Shown here: one piece after another, positions 1 through 13,187 of the stretch
How positions within the stretch are numbered: position 1 is the stretch's first letter
How the letters are laid out: every line of letters starts with the position of its first letter
DNA from: Okamejei kenojei
Lineage: Eukaryota
NCBI GenBank assembly: GCA_035221665.1
Contig: CM069133.1
Coordinates: forward strand, 53,320,001 to 53,384,000
Direction: 5' to 3'
DNA length: 64,000 nucleotides
Program-made: the position numbers and the translations under genes
Notes under the pieces: generated by a model
Databases searched by the model: none
The model's input: only the letters and a program-made list of their open reading frames with translations
Told to the model about the DNA's origin: nothing

Positions 1-243
1 TGAAAAGGACAGATCAAAACAGATGATGATCAAGGAAATGTATAATGGTTCATTGTTGGCTGAGGAGAAGTTGACAACGAGGCATCCAAACCATAAAATC
101 AATCAGGAGGGCAATTATTAGGGTGGGGGAGGAAGAGAAATAGAGGGGGAGGAAGAGAAAGAGAGGGAAAGTAAGGGTTACCTGAAGTTGGAAAAATCAA
201 TATCACAGCACTGGGTTGTAAGCTGCCCAAGCAAAATATGAGG
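1..243 (-). mobile_element. Penelope-like element 3' fragment (ORF C-terminus plus start of 3' region)
   Basis: Minus strand reads LIFCLGSLQPSAV/IDFSNFR* with one frameshift, resembling the EEQHLIFRLGSLQP..MNIDFSNF terminus of vertebrate Penelope ORFs. Confidence 0.75.
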
Positions 244-279
244 GATAGTCAGAATGCAGCATTATCCTTTCCAAAAGGA

Positions 280-430
280 ACAGAGTGCTGCTAGATTGAA
301 AATGCAGTCTCTTGATGAGGTATTAAACAACACCCCGTGTGCTCCTTTAGTTGAATGTATAGTTGTCCAAGGCATCATCCTGAAAGAGCAAAGGAATTCT
401 CCATGGAGTTCTGACCAATGACATCTCTTT
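280..430 (+). mobile_element. Degenerate DeuSINE-like (SacSINE/AmnSINE Deu-domain) fragment
   Basis: gagtgctgc...gatgaggtattaaac...ccccgtgtgc...gagcaaaggaattctcc...ctgaccaat resembles the Deu-domain consensus as recalled. Confidence 0.5.
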
Positions 431-540
431 TGTCTTGGGTACCACCCTGTCATAGTGTGTGCAAAAAAAAAAAAAACATCTTCTGCAGCTCACACTTTAA
501 AATAAGGAGAAAACAGTGGAAGTAGTATATTGGGATTTTG

Positions 541-631
541 AGATAGATACAAAATGCTGGAGTAACTCAGCAAGCCAGGCAGCATCTCTGGAGAAAAGGA
601 ATAGGCGACATTTCGGGCCGAGACGCTTCAT
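541..631 (-). mobile_element. Short Penelope-pLTR-derived element, degenerate hammerhead
   Basis: agatagatacaaaatgctggagtaactcag...gcagcatctctggagaaaaggaatagg matches the family; the core ends GAAAUGUC (CpG decayed). Confidence 0.85.
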
Positions 632-639
632 TGCAACTT

Positions 640-790
640 CGAGAAAGATTTCAAAAAGATCCCACACAGGACAATAGGTTGAATCCCATGGTATTTGGGG
701 TAAACACTGACTTAGATTGAGCACAGGTTATCAGAGAGCAAGGAGTGGGGATAATTGAATCTTTCTCGTTCGCAGGTTGTAATTAATAGG
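640..790 (+). mobile_element. Old CR1 RT fragment
   Basis: Degenerate DFQK..PH.R..HGI.G..WL..QRV..SFS motif series. Confidence 0.5.
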
Positions 791-809
791 ATAAACTGAG
801 GTTCATTGG

Positions 810-2022
810 TTCAAGGAGCAGAATTAGGCCATTCAGGCCATCGTCTGCTCCACCATTCAATTATGGCGGATCCATCTTTTCTTCTCAACCCCATAACCCC
901 CGACACCGTCTGTGGCAATGAACCCCACATATTCACCACCCTCTGGCTAAACAAATCCTCTTCTCCTTTCTAAACGTACATCCTTTTTATTCTGAGACTA
1001 TGGCCTCTGGTCCTAGATTCTCCCACTAGTGGAAACAACATCTTCACATTCACTCTATACAGGCCTTTCGCTATTCAGTAAGTTTCAATGAGGTCCCCCC
1101 CCCCCACCATCCTTCTAAACTCCAGTGAGTACAGGCCCATATGTTCAGCCAATCATTCCTCTTCTGGACCCTGTCCAACGCCAGCACATCCTTCCTCAGA
1201 TATGGGGCCCACAACAGCTCTCAATACTCCAAATGCAGTCTAACACTTCTAATGCAGTTTAAATACCCTATAAACCCTCAGCATCACACTCCGTTTTTGT
1301 ATTCTAGCCCTCTTGAAATAAATGCAAGGATGCATTCGCCTTCCTTACTACTGATTCGACTTGCAAATTAATTTTTTGGGAATCCTTTACCAGCACTTTC
1401 AAGTCACTTTGCACCTCAAATTTCTGAATTCTCGCCCCATTTGCAAAAGTCTATGGCTTCATTCCTACTAGCAAAATGCATGACTCCACACTTTGCTATG
1501 CCGTCATGTATCTGCCATTTTTCAACCCACTCTCCCAACCTGTCCAAGTCTTTCTGTAGAGTCCCTGCTTTCTCTACTCTATCTGCCCCTCCATCTATCT
1601 TCAGATCATCTGCAAACCTGGCCACAAAGCCTTCAATTCCCTCATCCAAATCATTAATATAAATCGTGAAGAGTAGCAGCCCCAGCACCGACCCCTGTGG
1701 AACTCCGCTAGTAACTGGCAGCCACCCAGAAAAAAAAACCCTGATTGCCACTGGGCATTCTGTCACCCAGCCAACCTGCTATGCATGCTAGTATCTTCCC
1801 TCTGCTATCCTGGGCTCTCATCTTCTTTAGCAGCCATACATGCAGCACCTTATCAAAGTCCTGAAAATCCAGGTAAACAACATCCACTGATTCTCCTTTG
1901 TCTATTCTGCTATTTATTTTCTCAAAGAATTCCAACAGGTTCAGCAGGCACGATCACAAAAATATGCTGAATTCAGCCTATTTTATCATGAACTTCTATG
2001 TACTCAGAAACCTGATTTCTAT
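810..2022 (-). mobile_element. CR1 LINE, RT to 3' tail, with deletions
   Basis: ORFs 1416-1766 ([25 protein letters not shown]) and 1708-1935 (EFFE..VDVVYLDFQ). CR1 3' tail (ggagcagaattaggccattc) at about 815. Confidence 0.92.
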
Positions 2023-2100
2023 AATCAATCTGCCATGATCATATTGAATGGCGGTGCTGGCTCAAAGGGCCAAATGGACTACTCCACATATTTTTCTATC
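2023..2100 (+). mobile_element. CR1 3' tail fragment, inverted relative to the adjacent CR1
   Basis: gccatgatcatattgaatggcggtgctggctcaaagggccaaatgg matches the tails at 51040 and 61540. Confidence 0.75.
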
Positions 2101-2394
2101 CCTTCTTAAACTTTCTGTCCTATTACTTTTGGAGACTTAATTTAATGCAAAGTTAATGCAGGTTAATGCAAAGCCCCAACTATTCATGATGTATTATTAA
2201 GAATTTGACTGAGGAGACTAAATAACCAAGTCAGGTCAGGCAGTATCTGTGGGAAAATAAATCAAATTCATGTTTCAAATAGATGACCGTTACAATAACA
2301 GAACTAGCCCTGATGAAACATCAACTCTGCTTCTCCCCCCACAATGCTACGATGCAGATAGCTGAGAATTTGCAGGATTTTCTGTTTGTATTTG

Positions 2395-2883
2395 GGCCAA
2401 TGCATTTTGAAGAATGTGAAGCAATCTCATTGAAATAAACAAAATTATCACACTGTTTAACAGGGTAGATACAAGTATAATATTTCCTGTGGTAGGGACA
2501 TCTAGAACTGGGAGTCACGATCTCAAAATAAGGAGTAGCCTCATTGGACAGAGATCAGAAGAAATCTGAAAAGGAGTCTAAAGAAGGGTCTCAACCCGAA
2601 ACGTCACCCATTCCTTCTGTCCAGAGATGCTGCCTGTCCTGCTGAGCTACTCCAGCATTTTGTGGCTATCTCAGAAGAAATCATTCCACTCAGAGGAAAG
2701 CGAGTGTGTAGGAGGCTCGGTTACAGAGCATATTAAAAATAGCAATCAATAAATGTTTGGATATTAGGGAAGACAAGGGGATTAGTGCAGGGCAGTTGCA
2801 TTGAGGTAAAAGGTCAGTCCCAACCTTATTAATGAGTAGGTCCAGGGATACCAAATGGTCTATTCCCACTTCTGTTTCTTATA
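2395..2883 (+). mobile_element. Old CR1 3' fragment, interrupted by a hammerhead element
   Basis: gcaatctcattgaaa...ggtagat...tctagaactgggagtcac...ctcaaaataagg follows the CR1 3' ORF2 pattern. Confidence 0.65.
2567..2670 (+). mobile_element. Penelope-pLTR-derived hammerhead element with 12-bp TSD
   Basis: TSD tcagaagaaatc at 2555-2566 and 2671-2682. Core ctaaagaagggtctcaacccgaaacgtc, with G5 mutated. Confidence 0.9.
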
Positions 2884-2984
2884 GAAGATAGACACAAAAT
2901 GTTGGAGTTACGCAATGGAACAGGCAGTATCTCTGGAGAAAAGGAATGGATGACGTTTCGGGTCGAGACCCTTCGTCAGACTGA
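2884..2984 (-). mobile_element. Penelope-pLTR-derived hammerhead element with 11-bp TSD
   Basis: TSD tgtttcttata at 2873-2883 and 2985-2995. Confidence 0.9.
2952..2979 (-). ncRNA. Minimal hammerhead ribozyme core (best-preserved copy)
   Basis: Minus strand reads CUGACGA-A-GGGU-CUCG-ACCC-GAAACGUC: intact core boxes, 4-5-bp stem II, ACGU palindrome and GUC cleavage triplet. Stem I is weak. Confidence 0.7.
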
Positions 2985-3201
2985 TGTTTCTTATACGGTA
3001 TTCCGCTTGAATGAAAAAAAAAGACCTCACATGATCTCTGAACAGCTTGGCTCTAATTCTAATGCTTTAAACTTCACACACTAGAACAACCCAGTTTAGG
3101 ATTTCCAAGTCATTTATAGCCAATGATCTTTTGAAGTGTTGTAATTAAGTAATTATAGCAGTCAATTTGTGCACAGCAATCTCCCACAATTCACAATGTA
3201 A

Positions 3202-3480
3202 AGGGCCTGTCCCACTTAGGCGACATTTTTGGCGAGTGCAGGCGACTGTCATAATCTTGTTGAATCGCCTAAAAATGAATGTATCAAACGCATCCTATGA
3301 CAATTTAGAAGGCAAGCTACGACTTAATCGCTGATGCACTTGTGATAATTGGCGACCCAATTGTGGGGACTGAAGACGACCACCTTCTACTTATAGACTA
3401 CTACACCCATGATCACAGAAAGCAAGCTACAATTGGCTACAGCTCAATAGTCGTAAGATCACCTAAAAAATATCATTTTA
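3202..3480. mobile_element. Truncated PIF/Harbinger-like MITE (one TIR only), apparently inserted into an old SINE
   Basis: TAA followed by agggcctgtcccacttaggcgac, similar to the TIR of the 63159-63654 element. No matching right TIR was seen. Confidence 0.6.
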
Positions 3481-4829
3481 CAATGTTATTTCATTATAAA
3501 AATAATTCTGTCTTTTTTTTTAAATATGTGTTGGTTCATGAAACAACACCAGGGATAACTTCCTCCGGATCTTCCTCAACGAACCTCAACACAAGGGGTG
3601 AGTCCACAACGCACTAATGGCAGACAAAGCTTCACAGCACAGTGCATGATATTTAACTGAGAATGGGATCTGGAAACTAAGCAATATCTGGTGAAAGGCC
3701 AGAAACTTGCCGATGGATTTGTAAATGCTTAGTTAACACCAGCAATAGTTGACTGTGCTCAATTTAATGGAGAGCAGATACAAAATAACACACTAGGATT
3801 CCTCTCATTTTATCAGCTGATGTTTTAATGGCCTTTGAATTCAGACAATCAAAAAAATAAAAAGTCAAATGACCCCTTAACAATAACAGTCTGCAGAACA
3901 ATTACTGTGACCACAGGGTCTAGTGTGCACTCCACATACTACAGATTGCTCATAAAATAGGTTCTGCTTCACAGTCAATTGGTCATTACGTTTATGACCC
4001 CATAAACCTTTTCATCATAATTGTGAGCAAGGCTGAACATGATTTTTTTAAAGAATTCCCCAGAATAAAAGGTACAAGAAGTGAAGTGATTAATTGTGAC
4101 AGATGCTAATGGACTTTAACAAATGGTTGGTAGAAATTTAATTTCAGGAACATATTACGCCAGAGAAACTTCAAAGAATGTTATCCACTCAGCAATGTCC
4201 ATGTTCCTTATATGCAAGTTATTTTACCAAAATTATGAGAATTGTGTGCTGTACAAAAAATACTGATGTGAACAGCTATCTGAAGGCATCCTTTATCAAA
4301 AACTGCATCACCGCAAGGAATAATCAACCTCCCTTTACTTAAAATTAAACTTCATTATGTTGCAAAGGTATTTCAAATCACAGTGGCCGAACTGTGACCA
4401 GCAGCTTGCTATTGCAATGAGGGGAAAATCACATGATTTCAGATGCATTTATGCACGTTAGAACAAACTGCATCGAGATGGCAGGGGGCATAAAGTCTCA
4501 GATATAAGATGAAAATGGAAACTCAGCTACAGGATGGTTAAGAGGGATTTTTAATGAAAGTGGTAAGAACTGAGGATTTAGGATATCTAAAGACGGTGTT
4601 TAGAGCCAAGATTGAGGGGGTTTGCAAGACTATGGGGAATAAGTTAAGAAGTATGATAAAATGTGTTGCCAATTCCAAGAGCTTGCACGACCTTGATTGA
4701 CCGAATGGCCTCTTTCTGTTCTGAGAAATGTTATATTAATAGGAAATGTGACCCAGTCCAATATTAATAACAAATACAACCCAGTCCAATACAAACTCAT
4801 CACTTCATGGTGCATTGCATCAGGAAGGT

Positions 4830-5195
4830 GAAAGTGCTGTGAAGAATTCCTGCCACTTCAGCCATTTCCTTTTCACTTTCCTACCTTCTGGGAGATTGAA
4901 ACCTTGGACAACAGATTTAAGAACAGCTTCTTCCCCACTGCTATCAGGCTCCTGAACCAATTACCTCTTTCACACCCGGTCCTCGAAGGTGCATCCACGT
5001 ACTCTTACTCTTAACTCTGCATCATTCAATTATTCTGTTTCTTTTGCACAACTAATTTTGCAGAACAATTTTGCACCGTTCTGTTTGGTGTTGTAATTAT
5101 AGTTATATTTATCATTACTGTATTATATTGTTTACTCTGTGAGCTTCATGTGAACAGTGCATTTCATTGTATCCTGATGTACATGACAATAAACT
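4830..5195 (+). mobile_element. Rex1/Babar-type LINE 3' end
   Basis: Encodes ..LPSGR..RFKNSFFPTAIRLLN; the 3' UTR ends atgacaataaac. Confidence 0.8.
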
Positions 5196-5429
5196 AAAAA
5201 CGGAAGCCAACATGGGCCATAGATCCTCTCCCTCCTTTCATAGCTATAATGAAAGATAAGTTTTGACTTTCAATCAATTTGTTCAAAATAAAGTTAATGA
5301 TAGGGAATGTAAGCAATGCACGAAAGAGAGGAACAAGAAACCTCCTGGCATCATACAAATTTACAGAAGCCCTGTGTTTAACCAATTCTAACTATTTCCA
5401 GTATTAATTACTCCACAATTGGCAACCGG

Positions 5430-5635
5430 GTCTGGTTCTGGAATTTCCTCCCTAAAATTCAATTTCTTTGCCTCTCTCTGATTTATCAGCACATTCCTTA
5501 AATATTACCTCTATGAACAGACATTCGGTTGCTTGCTTGCAGTGCTCAATGTCAGATTTTGTTTTGCTTTGCTCCCAAGTGTATCTTGGGACATTTACCA
5601 CATTGAAGGTGCTCTCCAAGGGCAAATGCTTGTCA
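5430..5635 (+). mobile_element. L2-type LINE 3' end
   Basis: ctggaatttcctccct...ccttaaatattacctct...cttgggacatttaccacattgaaggtgct resembles L2 3' tails. Confidence 0.55.
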
Positions 5636-6652
5636 CTTTAGATACTAACACCATGAGGACTTTCAAATATTCTTGGGGCACTAACATATGCTCCCAGAAT
5701 AGGTGTTTTATTGCTGTATCAAAGCAGTGTATAAGTGCATCAACAACAATCCTATTCAATGAACAAAAACATTATGAACAAAACATGCAGCGATACAAAA
5801 CCATGGCATGTCAAGAAACTCCTAGCATGTTCCATGCCAAGTCCACCCTGCTTCCATGCACAGACCATCTTTTACTGAACCATAGAGCCTTGCAGTGTAC
5901 TGAAGCAAAGCTGCTTACTGCTACTCCTCAGCAATATTACAAAAGCTGCTGAGTTAAAGTTGCTAAAGAGAGTCACAACGCACTTCATAGAAGCTTTTCA
6001 CCCCAAATATTTGATAGGAAAGACTGTCGTCACCAAAATTAAACATTTACTGACACTTACCATTATTAGTGTGCAAAAGATTCTGACCATATGTCATGAA
6101 GAAATGTGGCAAGAGTTTCAAAATACCTAAAGTTGCTGGTGTGTTTTAACTGCCCATTAAACATGTTGCAGAAAGTTAGGGATGGTACTTAATAGCATAC
6201 TTTAAACTGAGGACATCTCTGTTCCAGTTATGCCATTTCATCTTTCTAGCCCATAAAGGGAAAAAATAAAACTACACAATTATTCCTCAACCTTTCTGTT
6301 TTTCTCCCCATCTCTTTTCCCTCTCTTATGCATCTACTTTTATTCATCTTCTCTTTCTTTCTTAAATCAAGCTGGTTACAGGATAATGCCATCATTATTT
6401 GAGATCTTCCTTCACTGTGTCACTATCATCTCACACTCCCAACAAAACAAGCCCCACAAACTTAAGCGTGGGGTAAGAAGTCCTTTTACATGAAGTACCA
6501 AACAAGTAAGTTCTTGGCAAACAACTTTCATCTGGTTCAATGGGATAATTAGATGAATTAGAGTTGTTCATCCATCCATTATCCTTTGACATCCTTACCA
6601 CAGTCAAAATGATCTACTTATCTGAGGAAGCCAGCCTGGAACAGGTGAGGAA

Positions 6653-6891
6653 CATGTAGGAATGACCTGCAGAAGCCGATTTAAACTGAAGATAGACACA
6701 AAAAGCTGGTGTAACTCATAGGGCAGACAGCATCTATGTAGAAAAGGAATATGTGACGTTTTGAGTCGAAACCCTTCTTCAGACGATCCTTCTACATTGT
6801 GAAGAAGGGTCTCGACCCGAAACATCACCTATTTATTTTCTCCAGAGATGCTGCCTGACCCGCTGAGTTACTCCAGCTTTTTGTGTCTATC
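6653..6891. mobile_element. Head-to-head inverted pair of hammerhead elements inside a single 12-bp TSD
   Basis: TSD acaggtgaggaa at 6641-6652 and 6892-6903. Minus-strand core at 6755-6782, plus-strand core at 6799-6826. Confidence 0.9.
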
Positions 6892-9295
6892 ACAGGTGAG
6901 GAATATCTCCCAAGATACCATATTGTTAGAGAATGTCCCTGTAAGTAGCCATTAAAATACTGCATCGTATGGATGAATTATTGAGTGGAGAACCAAGTAG
7001 GATCAAAGTAGATGGGAGAGTAGTGGACTGAGGAAATAATTGAAGGAAATGTTCGGAATGGCGAATGCTGGAGCAATTTGCAATGACTCAAGTGACTTTT
7101 GTTGCACAGACCTGCTTTCAATGTTTAGAAGCCAGGGTTTCACTTCCCAAACAACTTCACCGTGACACAAAATAAATGGAGCACTGTGTAGCAAACATTA
7201 CTCACTTTCCTAAAAGCAATTCTGCCACAGCTCAAAGCGAATGCAAAACTTCCTTACACCCCCAATTCCAAACTTGTCCCTGGTTTCAAACAATTTCCTG
7301 CTGTACAAAACATATCATTAAACACTTTTAACTTGATGAATTCAATTTACTACTTTGAATTTTTCATGTATCTCTTCATTTGCATTCCTACTAGTTTATT
7401 GCCTTTAAATAACGAATGAGACAGACAGAGAGAGAAAAGGAGAGAGTGAGAGAGGGTGAAAAGGAATGAGGGTGTGCTGCGGTAACATACAGTACCATGA
7501 GCCGCCTTGGCCTCCGAGTCAGTTGTACACAGTTAACAGATCGCTCCCAGCCTGTAGCAGACAGTGAAAACAGCTCTTGGCACTTTCACAAGCAAGCAAC
7601 TCTGCTGCACTCTGGCGCATTCCTTCTCCTTGCCTTCCCCCACACACCCCCCCCCCCCCCCTCCACCCCCACCCCCCAAGTCCCTTGCAAGCATCTTGTC
7701 ATATTTCCTTCAGCAGTTAATTGTCTCAACTGCAAGATTTTAAACAGCCCTGGTTAAGAAATGTGAAATCCTCTTAAGTGACCGTCAAAGTAAATCAGTC
7801 TCACGCACTAGTGGTAACATTTTCCAAGGAAGTATTCTGCCTGCAGTTCCTTTAGCTACCCCACCACCCCCACCCCTCAACACTACCTCCGCCTACATCC
7901 CTTGAGGTCTGCACACACATGTGGCAATAAAACATTTATGCGACTTGGAATTTTAACACAATGCCATTTCCCTGGTTTAACCTGAATGGAATGCAGTAGT
8001 CGCAGCAGACTAAATCATCCTGCCATTAAACACCGCCAAGAAGCTTGCACACTGTGTTCAGTTCACCAGAGAGCAGTTCACAGACGCACTGTATAGAGAA
8101 ATTGTTAATGCTCCCCTTGACCTCCTGCTACTCCACCCTGCTCCCAGTTCTGATCTTTGCCCTGTGCGAGGGCTGTGATGTGCATCACTTACACAAAACT
8201 ACTCCAGTCAGAGTAGTGATCTGGGGAGTCACTACAGCTGGGAGTGACCAGATTTTAATCTGAGCTAGTGGGGAACTGCTGGATGAGTTCTCTTTCAGTT
8301 AACTATTAACTCATCAGACTCCCCCTCCCTGATGTAAGCTTTTACCACCAGTTTGCAGTCAGTTAAGGGTTGCTCATTCAAGCTACTGCAGAAAACTGTA
8401 TTAACTATTGTTAGTAAAGCAGAGGGGGAAATACAAATAATAACAATAACAATTTAAAATAAATTCATTGGGATAAAGAAAGCAAATGAGAGAGACATGA
8501 ATACGCGCAGCCACACACAGACCACTGTGTATACAGAACCCGTATGGTCGCAAGGACATAAAGCATATGTGAGACCAGTGAGAAAATGCAAACATACTTG
8601 TGCACAGAAGCCCAGTGTTCTCTTTCGCACCAGGTGTGTGCTGTGTTTGTGGACGTTGTCCCTCAAACGTTAACATTTGGGGCAAACTTTTCTATGCTGT
8701 TTGTAACCCAAAGAAAATCAAGAGATAACTGTCTCACACTGGTAGAAAAGTTTAAAAAGCAAATACAAAGGTTTGCTGCTACAGAGCTGACTAATGTGTA
8801 GGTTGTTGAGGGTGCTCAAGTACGATACCACCAATGGGTGTTTTACATCTCACAATACCATTGCTGTCATCTGCCTTTCCTCTTCAACTCAGCAGCCATT
8901 ACTTTGCTGCCAGCCCACAACACCAGTGAAAGCTGTAGAGAGGAAGCGAGTCTAATAGTACAGATCTTTCAAAGGGCTGGCACGGACACATTGGGCCAAA
9001 TGTCCTCGTTCATCGCTTAAATTCCACGAGACTGTAAACAGCTTTTGTTTAGAAAATTACAAAATGGCAAGTTTCTAATTCTAATGTGTCTAAATAACAC
9101 ACACATAATGCTCAATGTAATTGATAAAAATGGAGAAACAAGGAACTGCGGATGCTGGTTTACAAAAAAAGACTCAAAGTGCTGGAGCAACAAAGATTAA
9201 TTCCAGCACTGTCATTAAAAAAAAGGAGTATTGGTAAAACAAGGCTCAATATAGCAAAATGAGGCCCGATCAAACAGTTTTGAAAGACTGAATAT

Positions 9296-9348
9296 TTGTG
9301 CCCTACATCATCAGAAGCTAAATCCTTGTGCCCTACATCATCAGAAGC
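9296..9348. repeat. Tandem duplication, period 30
   Basis: ttgtgccctacatcatcagaagc at 9296-9318 and 9326-9348. Confidence 0.95.
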
Positions 9349-12097
9349 AGAGTGAATACCAGTTACCAATCTTTGAATGGAGATAGATGGGAATTTGCCC
9401 ATTTTTACTTTGTGACTTTTCCTTCTAATAAAAGGAATGTTTTCTATTATTTGTTTATTGAGACGTTAGCATATTCATGTGAATTTATTGTTCTAATTCT
9501 GCCACAACCTTTTATCAGCAACAAATGAATTGTCAAACTTCCAAGCATGCTCTTGTTCTTGAACCTTGATTTCCACTTGATTGAGACACCTTTTTCCCCT
9601 CCCACTTTCTGCTCCTTCCTGTAACCCGTCCCCCCTTGCCACACCGTTCCACTCTCGGATTTGATGAAAGAACAGCAATCCATTTAGGAAGGTGAATAAA
9701 AATGTAACTTTTGAAATTGTAGTCGAATACATGTTAATAAAAATTATAACTCCAAGGCCCCATTGAAATAAGATAACCACAAATAAACTACTGCACAATT
9801 CAGGTGAGACCCCTCCAGAAGGGTTTGTTAAGGCAAGCGGCAGAAATGGCTCAATGTGAAGTTGGAGAAACAGGCAGATTTGGTATTTATATGAGAGAAA
9901 GAGGATGGGAATGGTTCTAGTACATATTACAGTCATTTGAGTAATGGAAATTCATACTTTTCACACAAATTCACAAAAAACTACCGAAGAATCTGGGATA
10001 TGGGCTGAAAAAATGCTCTTACAAAATGTAGTTGAAAATACCAAGAGAACATTTTCAATTCACATCCCTGGATTTATCCACAGATGAAGCAGTTTCCCAT
10101 GATGGAAAATTGCGATGCAGGAATGGTTTCTAGGAAGTCAATTCCACCATCCACCACAAACCACCACCCCCTCTACCCACCCCTACCCCCCCAGCAATGC
10201 AGGAGGCACCTTCTTTGTAAAAATAATTCAACCCCTGGCGCAATGACAAAATTAAATTTCTATCACAATATATTTTGTGCTCAATAACTAACATTAAGGG
10301 CAACATTGTTGAGAAAATTTATGCATCCAATCAAGCTAGAATCTAACAGGGCACCATGGCGGGTGTTATTGAATGTGTGAGAAAATGGGTTACAACAAAA
10401 ATAATGGAGGGGAGGGATTGAAGGGATTGTTATAAGAGTCGGCATAAGCTCAAAGGGTCTAATAGACCCCAGCGACATTGCAAGGAAATAGTGAAATGCA
10501 AAGGGAACATCTTCACACCATTTTAAAGTATGGTATTTGAATCACCAGCATAGTAGTTTGCAGATTAAGCATTGATAAACAGTATTATTATCAATGGGCA
10601 TTTGAAGGTCAGCACTGACATGCTGGGTCAAAGGCTTGTTTCTGTGTTTTTTACTTTTTGACTGGTCTCCATAAATGCATCTCCAATCACAAGTATTATA
10701 AAAGGAGAAATTTAATCAGAAATGTAATAATACGTGCTTGAATTCTGAAGTCTTTCAGCCCGAATATCTAGTCCAGGTTTTAAGAGTCCAAAGTGTTCTT
10801 GTCTTATTTTACTGCATCTGCTACCTCAGGAATTTACTAAAGTGCTTCAGAAGCTTGACACAATCTCTCTGACATCCAGGATACACCCTCTGGCCATTTA
10901 AAATATGCACAATTGGAAGCCAAAGTCAAACATTGATCATGCACCTTGGCTGAATAAGGTAGGGCAGAAGTTTGATGTGACAACGTCATGTCATTTTTTA
11001 CTATTAGCACTTCTGTTCTACCCATTAAAAGGATGCCCAATAAATATGGCATATGTATTGTAGAAAGTGTTGGAATGCCTTGAAAATATTTATAGATGTG
11101 CTATCAAAACACATGGGTGGTTTTGCAGCCAGTGGTGTAGGCGCAGCACACTCTGCATGCTGCTGACCCCCTGAGGCTGTTGAGAAGCAGCTGGCCTTTA
11201 TTGGGAGGCTGAAATGCCACATGGCCCCCTGCAGGGAACATGTGGAGCACATGAGCAGAAGAAAGATTGAGCAAGTCTCTTCTACCAATTAGATCAATGA
11301 ATTTGTGCAGACCTGCTGAGTCTAAACCAGGAAGGGCAAAGAACAAAGTGTAAATTATATTTAATTCATGTTTAGAAAGCAACATAAAGAGAGAGAACAA
11401 AGGATGGGATCAAGAAAAGAATAAAATCGAGAAAAATGCTGCTTCTTGAATCTGAAACATTAATTAAGTTCTGAAGGCACACTTGCAGAGTTAAATTACC
11501 CAGGCTAGAGAGGTAGTTTAGTGGGCGTTGAGATTTGTCATGCTGCTAAATAATAACATGGGACTGAACCAGAATTATTGCTTTCTACCATGTTTTGGTG
11601 GAGGCACAGCAACTTTGCAAGCACTAGGTGTTCAGTGGTTTCACTGGTTCTCCAAGGTGCACTGTACTGTTGTCTTATTTCATCATGATAACAGTATAGT
11701 GAACCTTGGAAAATCAGGATAACTGGGACCAGCTTGCTGATATTTAAATGTGCTTAAATTGCAGTCAAATGTACTCAATAGTTATTCTTAACGCAAAATA
11801 TGGGCATATACAAAATGTCTTCATTTGCCAGCAAAGATGGTTTTGGGTGTACTTTCACAAAAAGTTCACTTTAAATTAATTAATAATTTCTATTGCTTCT
11901 TAACTTATTGAATTGTCAATTACACTCAAGTGTGTAAAACCTACTCATGTGAGATGGATTTTAATGTTACAAAGCTACATAAATGTTAGCATATTGTCCT
12001 GATGAAATGGAGTCCTACATGACAAATAGGTTAGGGGCCTCATTGAAAACTTTGAAACAAGACTTTATATTATTTTCTGCTTGCTAAACACTGATAG

Positions 12098-13187
12098 ACT
12101 ATTACCAGTTGATAAGTGGACCAATTATTGGTGCAATTGGACCAATAATGATACAACTATGTGGCATTGTCATCTACAGTCTAAAGCAGGCTATTTGTTT
12201 TATCCACAATGCAATGAGGGGCAGTAACAGTTTTCTGACACATTAACACAATAATTTTCAGAAGGACAGAATTTATTCCTAATTCTGCGAGCCATGTCCT
12301 ATTTCTACACGGTCATAATGGGCCTCAAGCACAGGGCTGTCTTAACTCCCTTCAATGTTACCAGTTGCAAAGAGAGCAAAACAATGAATGTCCAAGTCAG
12401 ACATGAAATAGAATTGTCTATTTGTGTTATTCAGTTTTGTTTTCTATATTCACAGATATGAACAAGTAGCATTTGCTTATAACCTTCATAGCAATAATAA
12501 TCTCATGAAAGGAATGTTGTCTTTGTGTGGTTTGTCTTTAAAAGTTACAAGACCACACTTCGGAGATATGTGGAAACCTGACCTTGGTTAAAGAGGTAGG
12601 CTTTAAGAGGAATCAATGCAGGAGAGAGGCAAAGAAGCTCCAGGAGGGAATCCAGAGCATAAACCTCTGCAACTGATTACATGATTCCTGTCAGTGCAGT
12701 GAACCTCTGCTTAATGTCTGTGCTGCTTGGGCCACACATCAAATGGCACCCAACTTTCTTATTTTATCCTTTTTTAGGGCAGCACAGTGGCGCAGCAGTA
12801 GAGTTGCTGCCTTACAGTGCCAGAAACTCAGATTTGATCCTGACTACAGGCGCTGTCAGCACAGTTTTCATGTTCTCCCTGTGACCACGTGGGTTCACTC
12901 CAGATGCTCTGGTTTCCTCCCATGTTCCAATGACATGCAGGTTAGTAGGTTACTTGGCTTCTGTAAATTGCACGTAGCCTGTAGGATAGACATAGTGTAC
13001 AGAGGATCACTGGTTGGTGTGCACTCGGTGGGTCAAAGAACCTTTTGCCATGCTGTATCCCTAAATTAAACTATCACTAGTTGATTGCTGGATCAATTAT
13101 TGGAGCAATTGGACCAATAATGATACAACTATATGACATTGTCATCTACAATCTAAAGCAGGCTTTTCATTATACCCCCAATGCAAT
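12098..13187. repeat. 118-bp dispersed direct repeat (12098-12215 and 13070-13187)
   Basis: Colinear copies sharing caattggaccaataatgatacaactat...cattgtcatctaca.tctaaagcaggct. Confidence 0.9.
12777..13071 (+). mobile_element. tRNA-derived V-SINE (HE1-like) with CR1-type tail
   Basis: Head gggcagcacagtggcgcagcagtagagttgctgcc, V-domain gttctccctgtgacc.cgtgggtt...ggtttcctccca, tail ggtgggtcaaag..cct...tgctgtat. Confidence 0.85.

Noticed and set aside
12777-12850. tRNA-like sequence
   Set aside because: It is the head of a V-SINE, with a degenerate B-box and no cloverleaf.
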